Assembly: GCA_965222225.1 (NCBI GenBank)
Contig: CBDCTK010000002.1
Coordinates: 160,001 to 224,000 of the forward strand
DNA length: 64,000 nt
Origin: Candidatus Poribacteria bacterium
GTDB lineage: Bacteria > Poribacteria > WGA-4E > JAJDTR01
Direction: 5' to 3'
Shown here: positions 60,775 to 64,000 of the stretch, piece by piece
Position numbering within the stretch: position 1 is the first letter of the stretch
Layout of the letters: every line of letters begins with the position of its first letter
The notes under the pieces: generated by a model
Database searches by the model: none
Told to the model about the DNA's origin: nothing
Seen by the model: only the letters and a program-made list of their open reading frames with translations
Program-made: the position numbers and the translations under genes

Positions 60775-62706
60775 ATGTCCGCTGACAACTCAATACGGGA
60801 TACCGCTGTCACGTGGCGCGCCATACTAATCGCTATCCTGCTGATTCCGTTAAACTCGTATTGGATCATGCAGATGGAGGCGATATACTATTCCGCGCAC
60901 TCAACGCTCATCGCGCTGTTTTTCAACGTTATCTTCAATGTACTTGTCTTCATGGGGCTCAACATCCCGCTTCGCAAGATTGCGCCCAAACTCGTGTTTC
61001 GGCAAGGAGAATTGGTCACCCTTTATATTATGTTGAGCCAGTCTGCGGCGTTGGTAGGGCACAGTATGCTGCAAATCCTTCCTCCGTCAATGGCGGCTCC
61101 GTTTGGGATGGCAACACCGGAGAACGAGTGGAGTGAACTCTTCGGACGGTACATTCCCACGTGGTTAGCAATTACCGATCAGTGGACGCTGGATGGATAC
61201 ATTACCGGGGTAAAAACGGAGTCCTCGCTCTATACGGCTCGGCATATTGAGGCGTGGCTCGGCCCGGTAATGATATGGTCGGGGTTCATCTGTGTTCTGA
61301 TGTTCGTAATGATCTGTATCAATATCATCATTCGAAAGCAGTGGACCGATCGAGAACGATTGACATTTCCGATTGTTCAACTTCCGTTCCACATGACCAA
61401 CCCCGCCTCCAAGTTGTTCTCGAACAGGCTGTTCTTGATAAGTTTTGGCGCGGTGAGTCTAATTAGTTTGGTAAACGGACTTCACTTCTTCTTTCCCTCC
61501 GTTCCCTATCTGCGTGTAAAACCATTCGATCTTGGCACCTTATTTACAACGAAGCCGTGGAATGCGTTGGGCACCACGATGCTGACATTTCGTCCGTTCA
61601 TCCTCGGACTCATTTTTCTCATTCCGTTGGACATCGCTTTCTCGTGCTGGTTCTTTTTCTTCTTTTGGAAAGCACAGATAATCCTCGGGAGCGTCATGGG
61701 ATTTCGCCAGCGACCAGAATTTCCGGAGCAGAGCACAGGTGCCTACATAGCCCTTTTCATCATTGCCCTATGGATTGGTAAGGGCCATTTGGTGCGAATT
61801 GTGCAATCAATATTTCATCTCGTCAGGAGGGAGGACAGAGACGATGGCACCACAGAGCCGTTAAGCTATAGGAACGCCGTGCTGGGGCTGATGTTAGGCT
61901 TCACATTTCTCGTGCTATTCTGTTGGAAGGCGGGTATGTCGATGTGGGCAGCGGGGATATTCTTTGCACTGTATCTGATGACGGAGATTGGTGTCACGCG
62001 GATTCGCGCCGAGGTGGGGTCGCCCATCCACGACCTGCACTTTGCAGGACCGGAATACATCATGGTGGATACGGTGGGAACGCGCAAAATGGGGGCCGCA
62101 AACCTGACCGTTCTCTCTTTCTTCTGGTTCCTCACCCGCGCGCATTACAGCGATGTGATGCCCCACCAGCTTGAAGGGTTCAAGTTGGCGGATCAAGCGC
62201 GAATGAACAACCGACGAGTCCTTCTAGCCATGCTCATCGCCACGGTCCTTGGCACAGTGGCCGCTTTTTGGGCAGTCTTGGATTCGGCGTATCAGCATAG
62301 CGGGGCTATCATGACATGGGCAGGTTTGGAACCGTTCAACCGGCTAGCCGGATGGTTATCGTATCCTACGTCAACCGACTTGGTAGGAGTGGGATTCTTT
62401 ACTTATGGGCTGCTGTTGGGAATCTTTCTGATGGTTATGCGATGGCAATTTCTGTGGTGGCCCTTCCATCCGGCGGGTTATGCGGTCTCCAGTACCTATC
62501 AGATGAGAGGTCTGTGGTCCATGTTTCTATTGGGGTGGCTTATCAAGTGGCTGGTTTTGAGGCACGGCGGTTTGCGCCTACATCGACAAGTCTTGCCCCT
62601 ATTCTTCGGCATGATTCTCGGCGAATTTGCGGTGGGTGGTTTCTGGGCACTTTTTGGGATTGTCTTCAAGACCGAGACATACGGTTTCACGGCGTGGTGG
62701 TACTAA
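60775..62706 (+). CDS. Polytopic membrane protein, DUF6785-like putative transporter
   Basis: Many TM segments; QWTDRERLTFPIVQLP, TRIRAEVG, WPFHPAGY and PLFFGMILGE motifs. Confidence 0.7.
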   Translation: MSADNSIRDTAVTWRAILIAILLIPLNSYWIMQMEAIYYSAHSTLIALFFNVIFNVLVFMGLNIPLRKIAPKLVFRQGELVTLYIMLSQSAALVGHSMLQILPPSMAAPFGMATPENEWSELFGRYIPTWLAITDQWTLDGYITGVKTESSLYTARHIEAWLGPVMIWSGFICVLMFVMICINIIIRKQWTDRERLTFPIVQLPFHMTNPASKLFSNRLFLISFGAVSLISLVNGLHFFFPSVPYLRVKPFDLGTLFTTKPWNALGTTMLTFRPFILGLIFLIPLDIAFSCWFFFFFWKAQIILGSVMGFRQRPEFPEQSTGAYIALFIIALWIGKGHLVRIVQSIFHLVRREDRDDGTTEPLSYRNAVLGLMLGFTFLVLFCWKAGMSMWAAGIFFALYLMTEIGVTRIRAEVGSPIHDLHFAGPEYIMVDTVGTRKMGAANLTVLSFFWFLTRAHYSDVMPHQLEGFKLADQARMNNRRVLLAMLIATVLGTVAAFWAVLDSAYQHSGAIMTWAGLEPFNRLAGWLSYPTSTDLVGVGFFTYGLLLGIFLMVMRWQFLWWPFHPAGYAVSSTYQMRGLWSMFLLGWLIKWLVLRHGGLRLHRQVLPLFFGMILGEFAVGGFWALFGIVFKTETYGFTAWWY

Positions 62707-63144
62707 GTGGTCTATTCGCCAAGAGTAAAAGGTACAAATTCTACGTATTTTGGAGTTTTGAAATCAAAACATTCTAGAGCAGTGGTCAGTGACGAGTGAG
62801 AGAGGAAGAAAGTCTTCCACGCAAGCCTAATTCGATTGGAGTAAGACATGAAATTTAGCTGGGTCGTGCTGTGCCCAACCCAACTTACGAGAAGCTGTAG
62901 GCGGGGAAAGATGGTGCGCCTATTCACAATCCGGCAGGCAAGATGTCCTGCCTACGGCGGGTGGTGGCATCTCTATGGAGTGTCTATTGCAGCCGGATTT
63001 CTAATCGCACTCCTTGCTCAGTTGCTTAATCTCTACCTACCAAAATCTTTCGCGTCGTCGAGAACTCACCTGCCTTCAGATTGTAATGGAGATTTTCTCC
63101 CGATTGAGATCTCTTGTCTCGAGTAAAACTCGCTCCTACCATGT

Positions 63145-64000
63145 TTAGTAAGGGGTGCCCACGCATACCGACGCACCGGTTACACGTATAGTGCCGGCTT
63201 TAGGAACAACAAACACACGGGCGCAGTCCAATCCAATTCCCGGGTGTTGCTTGGTGGAGTTTAACGAAGGCTGCTTCGGATCAGCGGCATCATGTCTCCA
63301 AACTTTATAGGGTTTTGCATAAACCAAATTTACGTAATTCTCGCCCTCCTTGTATTGATAATACCATCCGTGTTTTCCTTGCGTGCCGCTAAAGCCTTCT
63401 GAAGCTTGGTGTCTCGTACCATCCTCGTAGATTATCACCGGATCCCAATAAGTATTGTCAGACGCCATGCCTTGATTCATGTTCACAAGGAAGCAGATTT
63501 TATCACCTGAGTTAACGTCAACTTTGACATCGTGATGTCGTCTATCAGCGCTGTCTCTGCAATATTCCCAACCATCCTTTGGCCAAATCTGTTCATCGTT
63601 CTTCAAAATCTTGAGGTTGACCCCATCGCCATTCCTCGGCCTTGCCTTATATAGTGCATGGCGTTCGCTAATCGGCGCGAAGATATATTTCATTAGGAAG
63701 CGTGAATCTTCGGTAACCCGTTTTGACCGTATTTCTTGGTCAAACTTAAGATTCAACTCGACTTGGGCTTTCATATGCCCGTCACCTCCGTGTTTCCTGG
63801 TGTTATTTAGGCTGAAATGATTCGACATACCTATCAAGAAAACGGCACATACTATGTATGTCTCAAATCGCTTCGATCTGTTTCGGCGACTGAGAAGCGA
63901 GAATCCAATCAAAAGCCCTACAATGAGAATAAGCGCCGCGCTTTGATAGTAGTATCCGCCTCTCCAAATGTCAGCCCAAGCAAGCGGGTTGTGCCGCATG
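63145..64000 (-). CDS. C-terminal part of a membrane protein with an extracellular beta-sandwich module (5' end outside the window)
   Basis: Open frame to the window edge; two TM helices, then GDGV..KN..QIWP...WDP and GFSGTQG..GWYYQY...HPG. Confidence 0.6.
   Translation of the reverse strand, partial: MRHNPLAWADIWRGGYYYQSAALILIVGLLIGFSLLSRRNRSKRFETYIVCAVFLIGMSNHFSLNNTRKHGGDGHMKAQVELNLKFDQEIRSKRVTEDSRFLMKYIFAPISERHALYKARPRNGDGVNLKILKNDEQIWPKDGWEYCRDSADRRHHDVKVDVNSGDKICFLVNMNQGMASDNTYWDPVIIYEDGTRHQASEGFSGTQGKHGWYYQYKEGENYVNLVYAKPYKVWRHDAADPKQPSLNSTKQHPGIGLDCARVFVVPKAGTIRVTGASVCVGTPY

Overview
Bacterial chromosomal window. Gene content suggests Candidatus Poribacteria or a relative (inference only): six PhyH-family dioxygenases, TolB-like PD40 propellers, LamG lectins, CRTAC1/ASPIC proteins, and many secreted proteins ending in a V-x-P-x-x-K-x-x-T-x-W-G-x-I/L-K tail. 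Housekeeping genes (addB partial, comF, gap-tpiA-secG, panB, nadD-yacG-yqeK-rsfS, uvrC, trmB) alternate with accessory regions. The most striking locus is 18.6-26.2 kb, just after an 800-bp IS1 element. It is a tandemly duplicated cassette of two secreted beta-propeller genes plus a small peptide gene, followed by a fifth propeller. The two peptides share a strongly conserved ~50-aa leader (FLLREEG motif plus a hydrophobic stretch) and a conserved structured 5' region. Their Cys-rich cores differ completely, and one has a knottin/conotoxin-like C-C-CC-C-C framework. Other notable items are a shared C-terminal tail on nine secreted proteins, a dispersed GATC-containing intergenic repeat family (8 copies), three tandem LamG paralogs with variable loops, an HxG-type Fe/2OG enzyme inside a catabolic cluster, and a pseudogene-rich island at 30-36 kb. 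No rRNA, tRNA or CRISPR array was recognised.
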